From Escherichia phage finno, in the sequence record MN850619.1: a stretch of 64,000 bases of DNA; one strand, 5' to 3'. Both the position numbers and the translations under genes were made by a program. The notes under the pieces were generated by a model that saw only the letters and a program-made list of their open reading frames with translations, ran no database searches and was not told the DNA's origin. Below are positions 33,612-43,115 of the stretch, piece after piece. Each line of letters starts with the position of its first letter. Position 1 is the stretch's first letter.

Positions 33612-33640
33612 AGAAATTAAAAAGGCTCCCGTAGGAGCCT
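33612..33640 (-). terminator. Rho-independent terminator after the NAMPT-like gene
   Basis: Minus-sense AGGCTCCTACGGGAGCCT followed by TTTTAATTTCT. Confidence 0.6.
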
Positions 33641-33654
33641 CTTATCATATACTT

Positions 33655-35436
33655 TTAAAGCTGCTTGTCAATATTATTTCGAATATCACCAAGAGTTGTG
33701 TAACCGAACTGCTCAGAGTCACTAAAGACTAAACGTAAAGCACAAGCTGGGTGGTCAAGTACATCTGCAAAACTCTGGAATCCATAGCCATCTACAGCTT
33801 TCAGCTTATCACCATCCCACATAGGTGCTACACCACCAAAGGCAGATTTCTTAACACCACTATCTGTTTTAGGGTCTTTTGCAAGCATAATCTCTTTACC
33901 ACCAATGCTTGCAAGAGTTGCTTTGACAGCAAATGCAAAGGTGTCACGAGTCATGTACTGGTAAGTGTAAGAACCTACGCCAAACACCACGTTAGAGCTT
34001 GCAAAACCCATTTCATACAGACGCTTCAGGATTTCGTTTGCACGTTCCAGTGTGATAGAGTCACCATAGATAAGGCCGATATGCTCGTCCAGTACCTTAA
34101 ATCCTTTAGAGTTAATAGTTCCCCCAAAGATGTTGTACAGTGTCTTAATAGCTCCATCAATCTCAGCTACAGGACGTGTTACAACGTTTGCAGAGCCAAC
34201 CATATAAGCATTTTTCAACATCACTGTATCAGCAACTTCAAAGTCTTCTCGGTCAACAACCATTTCGTAGCCTTCTGACAGTAGCCATCCAGCAATACCA
34301 TAGCTGATGTTTTCAAGCTTCATGTTCAGAACAGCATTCAGCATTGTGTCACTGGCTTCCAGCTTGCTTAGGTGCTCGTAATAAGCCTTTTTAGCACACT
34401 CTAAGTGGATTGCTTTATAACCTGTGACAATATGTACAGGGTCTCCAGAGTCAGGACGAATTACCAGTTTACCGTCACGTTCCATAATTTCTTTACGAAG
34501 TGCTGGTAAGATTTCTGACACAGTTCTCCAGAAGTTATAAGTGTCTGAAACAATACTTGCAATACCAGTTGGGTAAGTTTCTGTTAAGAAACGACGGAAG
34601 GTTTGTAACTCACCTTTAAATCGTCTTTCTTCTTCAACCAACTCGTTACCACCTTCCCAAGCAATGTTTGCACACATTACAGAGTGTTCAGTGGCTGGTA
34701 CAGAGCTTCCAATATCAGAGATTGGATAGGTCTGCCCATAGATACGTTTAGCCGTGTATACAGCAGGGAAGCTATCAGTCCCTTTAAAGCTGGTTAAGTG
34801 TCCTACAGCGTTGAATGCGTCATCAGTAAAGCCGGACATACCACGCATAGCAAAGTCATGGCACTGATAAGGTAAATGCAAGTCGTTGTCGCAAGTGAGG
34901 TCAGCCCACTTCTTACAGATACGTTTGTAGTGCAATGCAATAGTTGCAATGGTGCAAGCCTTCCAAATCTCAGCAGAGAAAGCGTCTTCTAGATAACCTG
35001 CTACCCAATGGAAACCTGAAACAGTGTTCTGGAAGACAATCATTGGAACACGCATAGGAACAACTGTACCTTCTTCTACAGCGTATACTTCAACTGGTAG
35101 ATAGCCTAAATCGTGAAGTGCTTCCCAATGCTCTCGACCGATAGCATCTTTACCCAGAACACCATTCATGACTTCTAAGATTTCGTCAACTGCTCCTTTT
35201 TTATCACGTTCAAAGAAAGTGGCGTTCCAGTGGTCTATCAAGTAATCTTTAACAAAACGTTGAATACCAAAAGCTACTACACCATCAATTGCTAAGGGGC
35301 TGTTAAACCATTTGTCGCTACGTGGTGTCAGGTTGAACATCAAGTAATCTGTTGCACTGGGGTATTGGTAAACATGGCCAGATTTGTAAGCGTCCGCGTT
35401 TAAACCTGCTGGTACTGCATAAAGTGATTTAGTCAT
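33655..35436 (-). CDS. nadV: Nicotinamide phosphoribosyltransferase family protein (NadV/NAMPT-like; possibly the Namat-type nicotinamide ADPR transferase of a NAD+ reconstitution pathway)
   Basis: 593 aa; NADAYKSGH, VPATEHSVM, VSDTYN, IRPDSGDP, GDSI and FGVGSYTYQYMTRDT match conserved NAMPT motifs; ~100-aa insertion relative to canonical NAMPT. Confidence 0.8.
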   Translation of the reverse strand: MTKSLYAVPAGLNADAYKSGHVYQYPSATDYLMFNLTPRSDKWFNSPLAIDGVVAFGIQRFVKDYLIDHWNATFFERDKKGAVDEILEVMNGVLGKDAIGREHWEALHDLGYLPVEVYAVEEGTVVPMRVPMIVFQNTVSGFHWVAGYLEDAFSAEIWKACTIATIALHYKRICKKWADLTCDNDLHLPYQCHDFAMRGMSGFTDDAFNAVGHLTSFKGTDSFPAVYTAKRIYGQTYPISDIGSSVPATEHSVMCANIAWEGGNELVEEERRFKGELQTFRRFLTETYPTGIASIVSDTYNFWRTVSEILPALRKEIMERDGKLVIRPDSGDPVHIVTGYKAIHLECAKKAYYEHLSKLEASDTMLNAVLNMKLENISYGIAGWLLSEGYEMVVDREDFEVADTVMLKNAYMVGSANVVTRPVAEIDGAIKTLYNIFGGTINSKGFKVLDEHIGLIYGDSITLERANEILKRLYEMGFASSNVVFGVGSYTYQYMTRDTFAFAVKATLASIGGKEIMLAKDPKTDSGVKKSAFGGVAPMWDGDKLKAVDGYGFQSFADVLDHPACALRLVFSDSEQFGYTTLGDIRNNIDKQL

Positions 35437-35481
35437 CTTTTAATCTCTCTCAAAATGGGGCTTTCAAGCCCCTATAAAGTT

Positions 35482-36363
35482 TCAATCAATGGTTGCTACA
35501 GTAACTTGGGCGTAATGTGTTAAGCCACGGTCTTTAGCTTCACCTAAAGAGTTTGTAGTGTAGATATGGTCAATACCATTGTCAAGTAAGTTTTCAACAC
35601 CTTTAGAGAAAATACCATGAGTTACATAGAGTTCCACACGTTTTGCACCTGCTTCACGGAGATGTTTCGCTGCTTCTATGAAGGTTCGACCACCATCACA
35701 GATATCATCCAGAATCATGACGGTTTTATCTGTCAAATCAGCATCGTCAAGGATTCGCATACCAGTGATTTCTCCCGTCTTAAGATTGCGCACTTTAGAC
35801 ATTGTGATGTATGGTTTATCCACCTCTTTAGCAGTCTCTGCAATCTTCTTAGCAGCACCTGCATCTGGGGCTACTAAGTAATCAATTAGAGGGTCATTTG
35901 CATAGTGAACTGCAATTTCCTTTTGAGGAATACTCTGGAAGCAGTTAAACAGGTTATCTGGTACATAGCTGTGAGGGTCAACTGCACAGACTGCATCAAA
36001 ACCCATTGCATTAACCTGTTGTGCAAACACTTTCAAAGCTGCTGCATCACCTTTAAACATGTGACGGTCGTAACGTGCATTTGGCAAATAGTAAAAGATA
36101 GCAGTCTTCATAGCAAACTTATGGGGTACTAAATCGTCAATTGCTTCTTTAGCAAGTGCCACAGCAAATAATGTGTCTTTGTCATAACCCTTTACAATCA
36201 TAATCACGTTGTTGATGGATGATGCTGCATAAGCAGTAAAATCAACAAGCTCTTGTGAAAAGTGTCCACCAATCTCACCAGAAGGGAACTGGATGATGTT
36301 AAACTCTTCTTCATGAGACCCTTTTGTCGGTGAATGAATTATAACACGAATAGATGTTTTCAT
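35482..36363 (-). CDS. prs: Ribose-phosphate pyrophosphokinase (PRPP synthetase) family protein (Prs-like; possibly the Adps-type ADPR-pyrophosphate synthetase)
   Basis: Start trimmed to the ATG at 36361-36363 (track start is TTG); FPSGE, YLPNARYDR, VDPHS and ILDDICDGGRT match Prs motifs. Confidence 0.75.
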   Translation of the reverse strand: MKTSIRVIIHSPTKGSHEEEFNIIQFPSGEIGGHFSQELVDFTAYAASSINNVIMIVKGYDKDTLFAVALAKEAIDDLVPHKFAMKTAIFYYLPNARYDRHMFKGDAAALKVFAQQVNAMGFDAVCAVDPHSYVPDNLFNCFQSIPQKEIAVHYANDPLIDYLVAPDAGAAKKIAETAKEVDKPYITMSKVRNLKTGEITGMRILDDADLTDKTVMILDDICDGGRTFIEAAKHLREAGAKRVELYVTHGIFSKGVENLLDNGIDHIYTTNSLGEAKDRGLTHYAQVTVATID

Positions 36364-36377
36364 AGTTTTCTCTCTCT

Positions 36378-36785
36378 TTATTCCCAAATAACCTTTCTAC
36401 GCTTTATCTGGATAATGTTCTTTTTACAATATTCGATAGCTTCATCTATTGACCCAAAACTTTCCTTCTCCACAAAGAAGCGAACTTCACCATCTTGTAT
36501 CTTTTGTTCTTCGGCTGTTGGCTCTTCAAGTATTTTACTTGATACTTCTCTGTTAATCTGCATTACATACTCGAAAGAGTTCTTCTTGTATCCAACTATT
36601 TTAATGTAACCCCTCTGGCGAAGACGATTGAACCGAGTTGACTTGTTTGTCTTGGATACATCTGGAAATTCCTTGTCATGGATACTACGTATCTGTGAGC
36701 AAGTAAATGTTTTATCATAGCCAAACTCATTATACAGGACTTTTAACAGTTCAATCATAACATCACTCCCAAATAACTTTTGCAT
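36378..36785 (-). CDS. Hypothetical protein, paralog family A (copy 2)
   Basis: Start trimmed to MQKLFGS by homology with 37249..37671; shared C-terminus EAIEYCKKNIIQIKRRKVIWE. Confidence 0.55.
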   Translation of the reverse strand: MQKLFGSDVMIELLKVLYNEFGYDKTFTCSQIRSIHDKEFPDVSKTNKSTRFNRLRQRGYIKIVGYKKNSFEYVMQINREVSSKILEEPTAEEQKIQDGEVRFFVEKESFGSIDEAIEYCKKNIIQIKRRKVIWE

Positions 36786-37227
36786 GTTTAACTTTAATAA
36801 GATGCTCTTTGCAGTGCTCAATAGCTTCATCTAGTGTTTTAAACATAACATCCGCGATAAAGTATCTTACGTCAGGTTGTACATCAACATCTTTAACCTC
36901 AGATAAGTTTGATTTTTGTGAACTCCCCAACTCTTCACGCGTGTTATCTAGCATCCTTGACAGTTGTATGTGCTTCTCCATAAAGGCTCGATTTAATTGA
37001 TTAATACTTAGTCTACCTTTGCTTTTTACCTGCCCTACAGTCAGTAGTACACCAGACTGTCTTAACATTGTTAGATACCCACGGGTATTACTGATTGACT
37101 GGCCTCGTATAAAAAGGCTATTCTCTCTTAATGCGTCAATTGCTTCGTTAGAGTCAAAAGTGTTTTCTGTCCCGAAGGTTTTGTATAAAATCTCTATTAC
37201 GTGCTTCTGTAAATTGCAAAAAATCAT
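36763..37227 (-). CDS. Hypothetical protein, paralog family B (copy 2)
   Basis: 154 aa; MIFCNLQKHVIEILYKTFGTENTFDSNEAI...EHCKEHLIKVKHAKVIWE; overlaps the downstream A-type start by 23 nt. Confidence 0.55.
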   Translation of the reverse strand: MIFCNLQKHVIEILYKTFGTENTFDSNEAIDALRENSLFIRGQSISNTRGYLTMLRQSGVLLTVGQVKSKGRLSINQLNRAFMEKHIQLSRMLDNTREELGSSQKSNLSEVKDVDVQPDVRYFIADVMFKTLDEAIEHCKEHLIKVKHAKVIWE

Positions 37228-37248
37228 AGTGTATTCCTAATCAAATGT

Positions 37249-37671
37249 TTAAACTTCTTCCCAAACAATACGCTTTCTTTTTGTTTGGATAACCGTCCTC
37301 TTACAATGCTCAACTGCTGCCTCCATACTGGTAAAGTGTATGTCACCTATGAAGTACCCTACTTCACCTACACTGACCTCTTCATCCTTTTGTTGATAGT
37401 CATTACAATTTAAAAGCACATTTTTAGCTTTGCTTTCATTGATTCTCATAAGATACTCATTATTAAATCCTGTCGCTCCAACAACACTAATGTACCCACT
37501 TTTACGTAATCTGTGAGACCAATTAGCTTTATCCCTGATTGAAGCATGTGGTAGATATTTATTAAAAACCTTAGTTAGTTGTGAGCCAGAAAATGTTTTA
37601 TCATAGCCAAAATTTATATACAGAACCTTCAGAAGCTCAAACATGTTATTACTCCCAAATAATTTTTGCAC
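37249..37671 (-). CDS. Hypothetical protein, paralog family A (copy 1)
   Basis: 140 aa; MQKLFGSNNMFELLKVLYINFGYDKTF...VEHCKRTVIQTKRKRIVWE. Confidence 0.55.
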   Translation of the reverse strand: MQKLFGSNNMFELLKVLYINFGYDKTFSGSQLTKVFNKYLPHASIRDKANWSHRLRKSGYISVVGATGFNNEYLMRINESKAKNVLLNCNDYQQKDEEVSVGEVGYFIGDIHFTSMEAAVEHCKRTVIQTKRKRIVWEEV

Positions 37672-38104
37672 GTTTTACTTTGATAATATACTTTTTGCAG
37701 TGTTCAACAGCATCTTGGAGTGTATCAAACATCAACTCACCAATAAAGAATTTTATGTCTGGAGACACACCTACACCACCACTTAAGTCTTTTTGCTGCT
37801 CTTCACGTTGGTTTCGTGGCTCTTTAAGTAAATAGTCTAGCTGAATGTGCTTCTCAATAAAACCTCTATTTAATTGGTTGATGAGCATCCTCCCTTGTTG
37901 CTTAATCTGTCCTACCACGATGAGCACACCCCACTTTCTCATCTGAGTCAAGTAGTACCTGATGTTTGCTATTGGCTGTTTTTTGATGTAATCACTTCCT
38001 TCTTGTAGGGCTTCAATAGCTTCATTTGAGTCAAATGTGTTATCTGTCCCAAACTTATTGTATAGAATCTCAATAATTCTTTTTTGGAAGCTGCAAAAAA
38101 TCAT
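37649..38104 (-). CDS. Hypothetical protein, paralog family B (copy 1)
   Basis: 151 aa; MIFCSFQKRIIEILYNKFGTDNTFDSNEAI...EHCKKYIIKVKRAKIIWE; overlaps the downstream A-type start by 23 nt. Confidence 0.55.
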   Translation of the reverse strand: MIFCSFQKRIIEILYNKFGTDNTFDSNEAIEALQEGSDYIKKQPIANIRYYLTQMRKWGVLIVVGQIKQQGRMLINQLNRGFIEKHIQLDYLLKEPRNQREEQQKDLSGGVGVSPDIKFFIGELMFDTLQDAVEHCKKYIIKVKRAKIIWE

Positions 38105-38113
38105 AATTTTCTC

Positions 38114-38392
38114 TCAATCAAAAGTTACGTTTGTTACTGCCATTGCAGATTTGCATTTTACAGGGTCTACAACGTGATAAAGTACACTACAGTTACCTGT
38201 GCTGTCTGGTACAGGCTTTACCCATTGCTGCTTTATAGTTGGCTCCCCTAAGTCTTTGTAAGAGCCATCTGTAAAGTTGTTTACCATCTCAAGTGCAATT
38301 GGTTCTGGAACATGACCACGTATCATGTACATTTCACAACCATTACCACCTTCACTGACTAATGGTAAAATCTCCCACTTCTCTTTAGCCAT
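38114..38392 (-). CDS. Hypothetical protein
   Basis: 92 aa ORF. Confidence 0.5.
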   Translation of the reverse strand: MAKEKWEILPLVSEGGNGCEMYMIRGHVPEPIALEMVNNFTDGSYKDLGEPTIKQQWVKPVPDSTGNCSVLYHVVDPVKCKSAMAVTNVTFD

Positions 38393-38900
38393 TGTAAGTC
38401 GCCCTATAAACTGTCTCGAACTTCAACAGGAGAGATATTGCCAAATCTGTATAGTTGTTGTCAAGCACATCTGGCATATTATTTTTGATATATTTCTCTT
38501 GCTCTTCATAGGTCATCTTAGGAGTGCTTAGAAGGTTATCTCCTTGCTTCTGGTTATCAAGTTTAGTCTGGATAAACCAGTTTGCACAGTGATGCTCACC
38601 ACCCTTTGTAACAGGTTTGTGGTGGCCTAATGTAAATGTTTGCTTACCTGTATACCTGCAAAGATTGTTCAGTGTTGCAATAGTGTTCTTCACAACACAC
38701 CATTCATATAGGTTATCTATTGTGTAGTGTGGGTAATAACGGACAAGTGCTCTTTCACGGAAGTTATCACGATTCCAAAGAACCATGTGATTCGAGTTAG
38801 AAGGGTCGTATTGGTGGGAGTCAATGAACTCTTGACGCTCCTCAAAGCTGAGTCTTAGAACTGACATTGCAGCCGAACGTTTCAGGTTTGACAGATACAT
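38385..38900 (-). CDS. HNH endonuclease (homing-endonuclease-like)
   Basis: 171 aa; LGHHKPVTKGGEHHCANW is a clear HNH motif. Confidence 0.6.
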   Translation of the reverse strand: MYLSNLKRSAAMSVLRLSFEERQEFIDSHQYDPSNSNHMVLWNRDNFRERALVRYYPHYTIDNLYEWCVVKNTIATLNNLCRYTGKQTFTLGHHKPVTKGGEHHCANWFIQTKLDNQKQGDNLLSTPKMTYEEQEKYIKNNMPDVLDNNYTDLAISLLLKFETVYRATYNG

Positions 38901-38951
38901 ATCATCTCCAAAATAAAAAGGGAACCTTTACAGTTCCCTTATAGTATCTGT

Positions 38952-39272
38952 TTACTGAGCTACTTTCAAGATGCTTGTGAATGAAATCTCACTCTCATCC
39001 ATAAACTCTTTTGCTTCTCCAGTAACTTTTACAAAGTTATCTAGGCAGATAATCTTCTTATCTTTCTTGCTATAGGTTAGCTTGACCTTTTCGATATCTT
39101 TCTTAGAGTTTTTCTCTTCATTAAAGAGCTTCACAGCTTCTTTAAATGGTAGGTATGAACCATCATCATCGCTAATAAAACCTGTGCCACAATAGTAGAA
39201 GTTGTATTCTTTAGCCATAAACTGACACAGTACGAAAATCTGTAATTTGCGAGTGTTATAGACTTTGCTCAT
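38952..39272 (-). CDS. Hypothetical protein
   Basis: 106 aa ORF. Confidence 0.5.
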   Translation of the reverse strand: MSKVYNTRKLQIFVLCQFMAKEYNFYYCGTGFISDDDGSYLPFKEAVKLFNEEKNSKKDIEKVKLTYSKKDKKIICLDNFVKVTGEAKEFMDESEISFTSILKVAQ

Positions 39273-39274
39273 GA

Positions 39275-39532
39275 TTATTTAGCCTTCTTATTACGTTTAC
39301 GGTTACGAGCTTTCTTAGCTGCTCGTTTAATAGCTGCTGCACCAGACGGACGATGGGCTTGTTTCTTACCACCTTTGCCACGGCCTACATAGATACTTTT
39401 CATAATCTCATTGGCCAGCTTCTCATCCATCTTGAAGTTCTGCATAAGATGAGTCACATCAACTCCAGTGAGCATACCTAATGAAGCTAGTGCTGCTTTT
39501 ACTTTTGATTTAAAACTATTCCAGATTCCCAT
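39275..39532 (-). CDS. Hypothetical small protein with highly basic C-terminal tail
   Basis: 85 aa; C-terminus KRAAKKARNRKRNKKAK. Confidence 0.5.
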   Translation of the reverse strand: MGIWNSFKSKVKAALASLGMLTGVDVTHLMQNFKMDEKLANEIMKSIYVGRGKGGKKQAHRPSGAAAIKRAAKKARNRKRNKKAK

Positions 39533-39657
39533 TTCGTATCTCTCTCAATCTTTTCACAAAATGTTTTAAGTTCTTCTTCAGTGACACCAAACGGTTAAGT
39601 TTGTTCTGTAGAACATTGTAAAGTGGCCTTTACCGATAACCTACTTTACGACGAAAC

Positions 39658-40143
39658 TTACTCGGCTCTCCACTGACAATCACCTTGCCACCCATACTCT
39701 TTTCTCCATAGGTTTTGGTTATCAGAACCACGATACGGTTTAACTGTTGGTTTAGATGAATCATACTTACCATCAATCACCACGTCAACATATTTCATTA
39801 CATCTAGGTGAATTTTTTCGTGTAACTGAAAACCTGTCCAGAGCCAGATAGACTTCTCTGGGTAAACAGTTTTAATACGTTTACATATATTGGTAACCTC
39901 TTGAATATTTCTATCATCCAGAGGTTCTCCACCAAGTATTGACAAACCACTGACAGCATTATCACCCATTAGTTGGATGATTCCGTAGAGGTTTGCATAA
40001 GTAAATGCTTTACCAGCATTAAACTTCCAAGACTCCCTGTTAAAGCAGCCTTCACAGTGATGTTTACAGCCAGCTACGAAGAGGCTTACACGAACCCCTT
40101 CACCATTAGCTGTATCGAATGGTCTAATCTCCATGTAATTCAT
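39658..40143 (-). CDS. nrdG: Anaerobic ribonucleotide reductase activating protein (radical SAM)
   Basis: 161 aa; CKHHCEGCFN cysteine cluster near the N-terminus; immediately downstream of nrdD. Confidence 0.8.
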   Translation of the reverse strand: MNYMEIRPFDTANGEGVRVSLFVAGCKHHCEGCFNRESWKFNAGKAFTYANLYGIIQLMGDNAVSGLSILGGEPLDDRNIQEVTNICKRIKTVYPEKSIWLWTGFQLHEKIHLDVMKYVDVVIDGKYDSSKPTVKPYRGSDNQNLWRKEYGWQGDCQWRAE

Positions 40144-40177
40144 CTAGTTACCTCACCAATTTATTTAATTGCTTTAC

Positions 40178-40573
40178 TCATTCAAACACTACCTGACAGG
40201 GAACCTGTTTAGTAATAAACTCTTCACAGTGCTCTTTAATGAAGTTTTGTAATGGCACACAGTCTTGTGCACAAGTCATTAGCATAATGTACTCTGGATT
40301 CATAATATTTTCAAGACTGTAGAAGACAACATTGTCAGATAATTCATGACCGTCTTCTTCAGACCAAGTTCCAGTGACTACAGCTAATTTGTCAAGCAAT
40401 TCATTAGGCAACGGTACACCATCTTCTACGGAATCACTTAGAACGTTGTCGCTGATGTACAATGTGAAGGTCGTATGGAATGTTGAGTATTTTACGTGAT
40501 TCTTTTCGCAAGAGCCACACTCTGAGGCGTAATCTTTAAGCCACTCTAACTGTTTTTGATTTAACTTAATCAT
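40178..40573 (-). CDS. Hypothetical acidic Cys-containing protein
   Basis: 131 aa ORF. Confidence 0.5.
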   Translation of the reverse strand: MIKLNQKQLEWLKDYASECGSCEKNHVKYSTFHTTFTLYISDNVLSDSVEDGVPLPNELLDKLAVVTGTWSEEDGHELSDNVVFYSLENIMNPEYIMLMTCAQDCVPLQNFIKEHCEEFITKQVPCQVVFE

Positions 40574-40770
40574 AATTTCACCTTAGTTGGTAATGCACTG
40601 AATGCTATAGCTAACCCTAAAAATGGTTTGAAGCATGACCATAAATCCATCTGACCATTATATGATAAATTCCATTGTGGGTCTGAAAAACCCCATACCA
40701 TAGCACTAACCCCAAAGAAGAAGATTATAGTGCGGAGTATGTATATCATCGTTTTTGATATCTTAAACAT
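40570..40770 (-). CDS. Hypothetical small membrane protein
   Basis: 66 aa; two hydrophobic segments. Confidence 0.45.
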   Translation of the reverse strand: MFKISKTMIYILRTIIFFFGVSAMVWGFSDPQWNLSYNGQMDLWSCFKPFLGLAIAFSALPTKVKL

Positions 40771-40882
40771 TTTAACTTATCTCTCAATTCACAATAAGAG
40801 AGTCCTAAAAAGAACCCTAGTAAGACAGAACCGATGAACAACCCAATAATACTATCTGCCATATCTAACATCCAAAGAAAAA

Positions 40883-40920
40883 GGTGATGTAAGCCTATCA
40901 AGACCCACATCACCTTGTCA
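40883..40920 (-). terminator. Rho-independent terminator after nrdD
   Basis: Minus-sense AAGGTGATGT-loop-ACATCACCTT followed by TTTTCTTTGG. Confidence 0.55.
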
Positions 40921-40924
40921 AGTT

Positions 40925-43069
40925 TTACATAGAAATCCTGTCACGAATCTCAGCGATTTTTGCATCGTTCATTCGGGATTCACCTTTAATCTTAGTCCAT
41001 CCCAGATATCCGCACACCCTGTTAATCACAGAGATATCATGTGAATGACAAACCTCACATTCTTCGACATCAGCCTTTGGTCTGTTACCACAATGTTCAC
41101 AGATTGCTAAGTCAAAGTTAAGACCTTGATAGAAACCTTTCAACATCCCTCTTGTAATACAACTCTTAAGTGCTGATAAGTTTTCTGGATTAGCCACCCT
41201 TACATACTGGATTCTGCCGCCTCTACAGATATGGAAGAAGGGTTCTTCTAAGTCCTGCTTCTCAAATGGTGTAATGTCTGCTGCAACATTCATATGGAAG
41301 CTGTTTGTAAAGTATTCCTTATCAGAAACACCTTTGATAACGCCAAACATATCTCTGAACTGTTTTAGCTGAGTTCCACAAAGTGATTCTGCTGGAGTGC
41401 CATAGACTGCATATAAGAAGCCATCTTCATTTTTAAACTCTTCAGTCTTCATGTTGATATATTCCAGAACATCATATGCAAAACTACAGCTTCCAACTTC
41501 ATGAAGTCGTTTACCTTCAGCAAGAACAGATAGCTCATCAAGCGCAGTAACCCCAAAAGAAGCTGTGAAGGACTTCACGATATCCCAGCCAACCTTGTCA
41601 GTAGGCTTCTTATTCCCTTTGTACAGACCACCTTGTGTGAATGCAAGAGGGTTAGAACTTGCTGGCATATTAGCAATCATTTCGTAGCGTTTCTTGTGGA
41701 AGCTGCGAATCATTTCTAGGTACTTATCAAGCTCTTTCCAGAAATCTAAACCATTCTCTTTAGAATACTGGTAAATCATTGGCAAGTTCAAAGATACAGC
41801 ACCAATGTTAGCACGACCAACGTAGAACTCTTCCCCATCCTCATTAAGATATGGAGATAAGAAGGCTCTACAACCCATCGGCGAAATTACCTTGCCAGAA
41901 CGCTCAAAAGCTTCTGCTACAGCACCATGACCAGATACACTTAAGAAATCTGGATACATTGCTTTAGAGCAACACTCTATAGCTTTACTGTACAGGTGGC
42001 CTTGACAGATATTCTCATTATGTCTCTTCTGGTCATAAATATAAACCAGTTTAGGGAATACAACAGGTTTCTTGCTCTTACCTTGTCCATTCATACGAAC
42101 ATCTAGGAGAGTACTTGCAATCATATATTGCAGTCGGTTATCTTCATTGGACATATCTGAGTCAAGTAACCCGAATGTCAAAGTTGTGAATGCAAAATCC
42201 CCACGGCTACAAGGTACAGTATTTAGCTTCATTTCAAGTGACTGGAAACCTTGAGTTAGTTCAATCTGTAGCTGCTCCATGACATAATTATGGTAATGTT
42301 CTTTAGGAATACCATACGATGCTGCTTTCTCAGCATGATAGCGTAGAGACTTCTTAGCATACGGTACAAGTACCTTATCAATCTCTGCTAAAGTAAAGCC
42401 ACCAAATTGCTGTGCAGTTGCTGAAAGAACTACGTCACCAATAACCTGTAAGGCCGACAGCACAGACTTTGGTTCACAATATTCGATGCCAGACATTTCA
42501 AAGCCACCTTTCAGGACTTTACCAATGTCAAACAGGCAACAGTTGATACCACCAAAAATTAGGTCTCTTAAATCATGGATATAGATAAACCCTTTTTCAA
42601 TGGCTTCAAGTTCCTCTGGTGTTAAATGGTACTGTTTAAAGATTTCTTTAGTCAGATAACCACGAATAATTGAGCCTTTTGTAGAAATTAAACTGCTGTC
42701 AAAATTAGCGTTTTCTCGGTCACCTAAGAAGAGTGTATCCTTGGTCTTCTGGTAGAGTTCATCCCAATTTTGAGCAACCTCTTTACGGTAATTTCTATAT
42801 GTTGAGTAAGACTCATAAATCTCGTGATTGACTTCTGCCAAAGCACCCTCAACAATACTGTGAATATCATTTACAGAAATTAGCAAATTATTCTGCTTAG
42901 TGGACTTTACCAGAATCCTCATAAATGCTGACTCAAGAGCTTGGGTAACATCTGGTGGGAGTTCTTTATACCCAACCCTATTAGCTGACTTTGTGACTGC
43001 TGCTAAAACTTTTTTGATATCAGGTTCTTCGAGTGAGCCATTCTTTTTAATAATCTGTACTTTGTTCAT
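40925..43069 (-). CDS. nrdD: Anaerobic ribonucleoside-triphosphate reductase (class III RNR)
   Basis: 714 aa; C-terminal CEHCGNRPK...CEVCHSHD zinc site and RVCGYLG glycyl-radical motif. Confidence 0.9.
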   Translation of the reverse strand: MNKVQIIKKNGSLEEPDIKKVLAAVTKSANRVGYKELPPDVTQALESAFMRILVKSTKQNNLLISVNDIHSIVEGALAEVNHEIYESYSTYRNYRKEVAQNWDELYQKTKDTLFLGDRENANFDSSLISTKGSIIRGYLTKEIFKQYHLTPEELEAIEKGFIYIHDLRDLIFGGINCCLFDIGKVLKGGFEMSGIEYCEPKSVLSALQVIGDVVLSATAQQFGGFTLAEIDKVLVPYAKKSLRYHAEKAASYGIPKEHYHNYVMEQLQIELTQGFQSLEMKLNTVPCSRGDFAFTTLTFGLLDSDMSNEDNRLQYMIASTLLDVRMNGQGKSKKPVVFPKLVYIYDQKRHNENICQGHLYSKAIECCSKAMYPDFLSVSGHGAVAEAFERSGKVISPMGCRAFLSPYLNEDGEEFYVGRANIGAVSLNLPMIYQYSKENGLDFWKELDKYLEMIRSFHKKRYEMIANMPASSNPLAFTQGGLYKGNKKPTDKVGWDIVKSFTASFGVTALDELSVLAEGKRLHEVGSCSFAYDVLEYINMKTEEFKNEDGFLYAVYGTPAESLCGTQLKQFRDMFGVIKGVSDKEYFTNSFHMNVAADITPFEKQDLEEPFFHICRGGRIQYVRVANPENLSALKSCITRGMLKGFYQGLNFDLAICEHCGNRPKADVEECEVCHSHDISVINRVCGYLGWTKIKGESRMNDAKIAEIRDRISM

Positions 43070-43084
43070 TATTGCCCCTTTACA

Positions 43085-43115
43085 TGCTAAAAAGGTCTCC
43101 GAAGAGACCCTTTCA
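43085..43115 (-). terminator. Rho-independent terminator upstream of nrdD
   Basis: Minus-sense GGTCTCTTCGGAGACC followed by TTTTTTAGC. Confidence 0.6.

Noticed and set aside
35482-36387. Prs-like start at 36387 as given by the ORF track
   Set aside because: Codon at 36385-36387 is TTG; an in-frame ATG with a purine-rich RBS lies 8 codons downstream (36361-36363).
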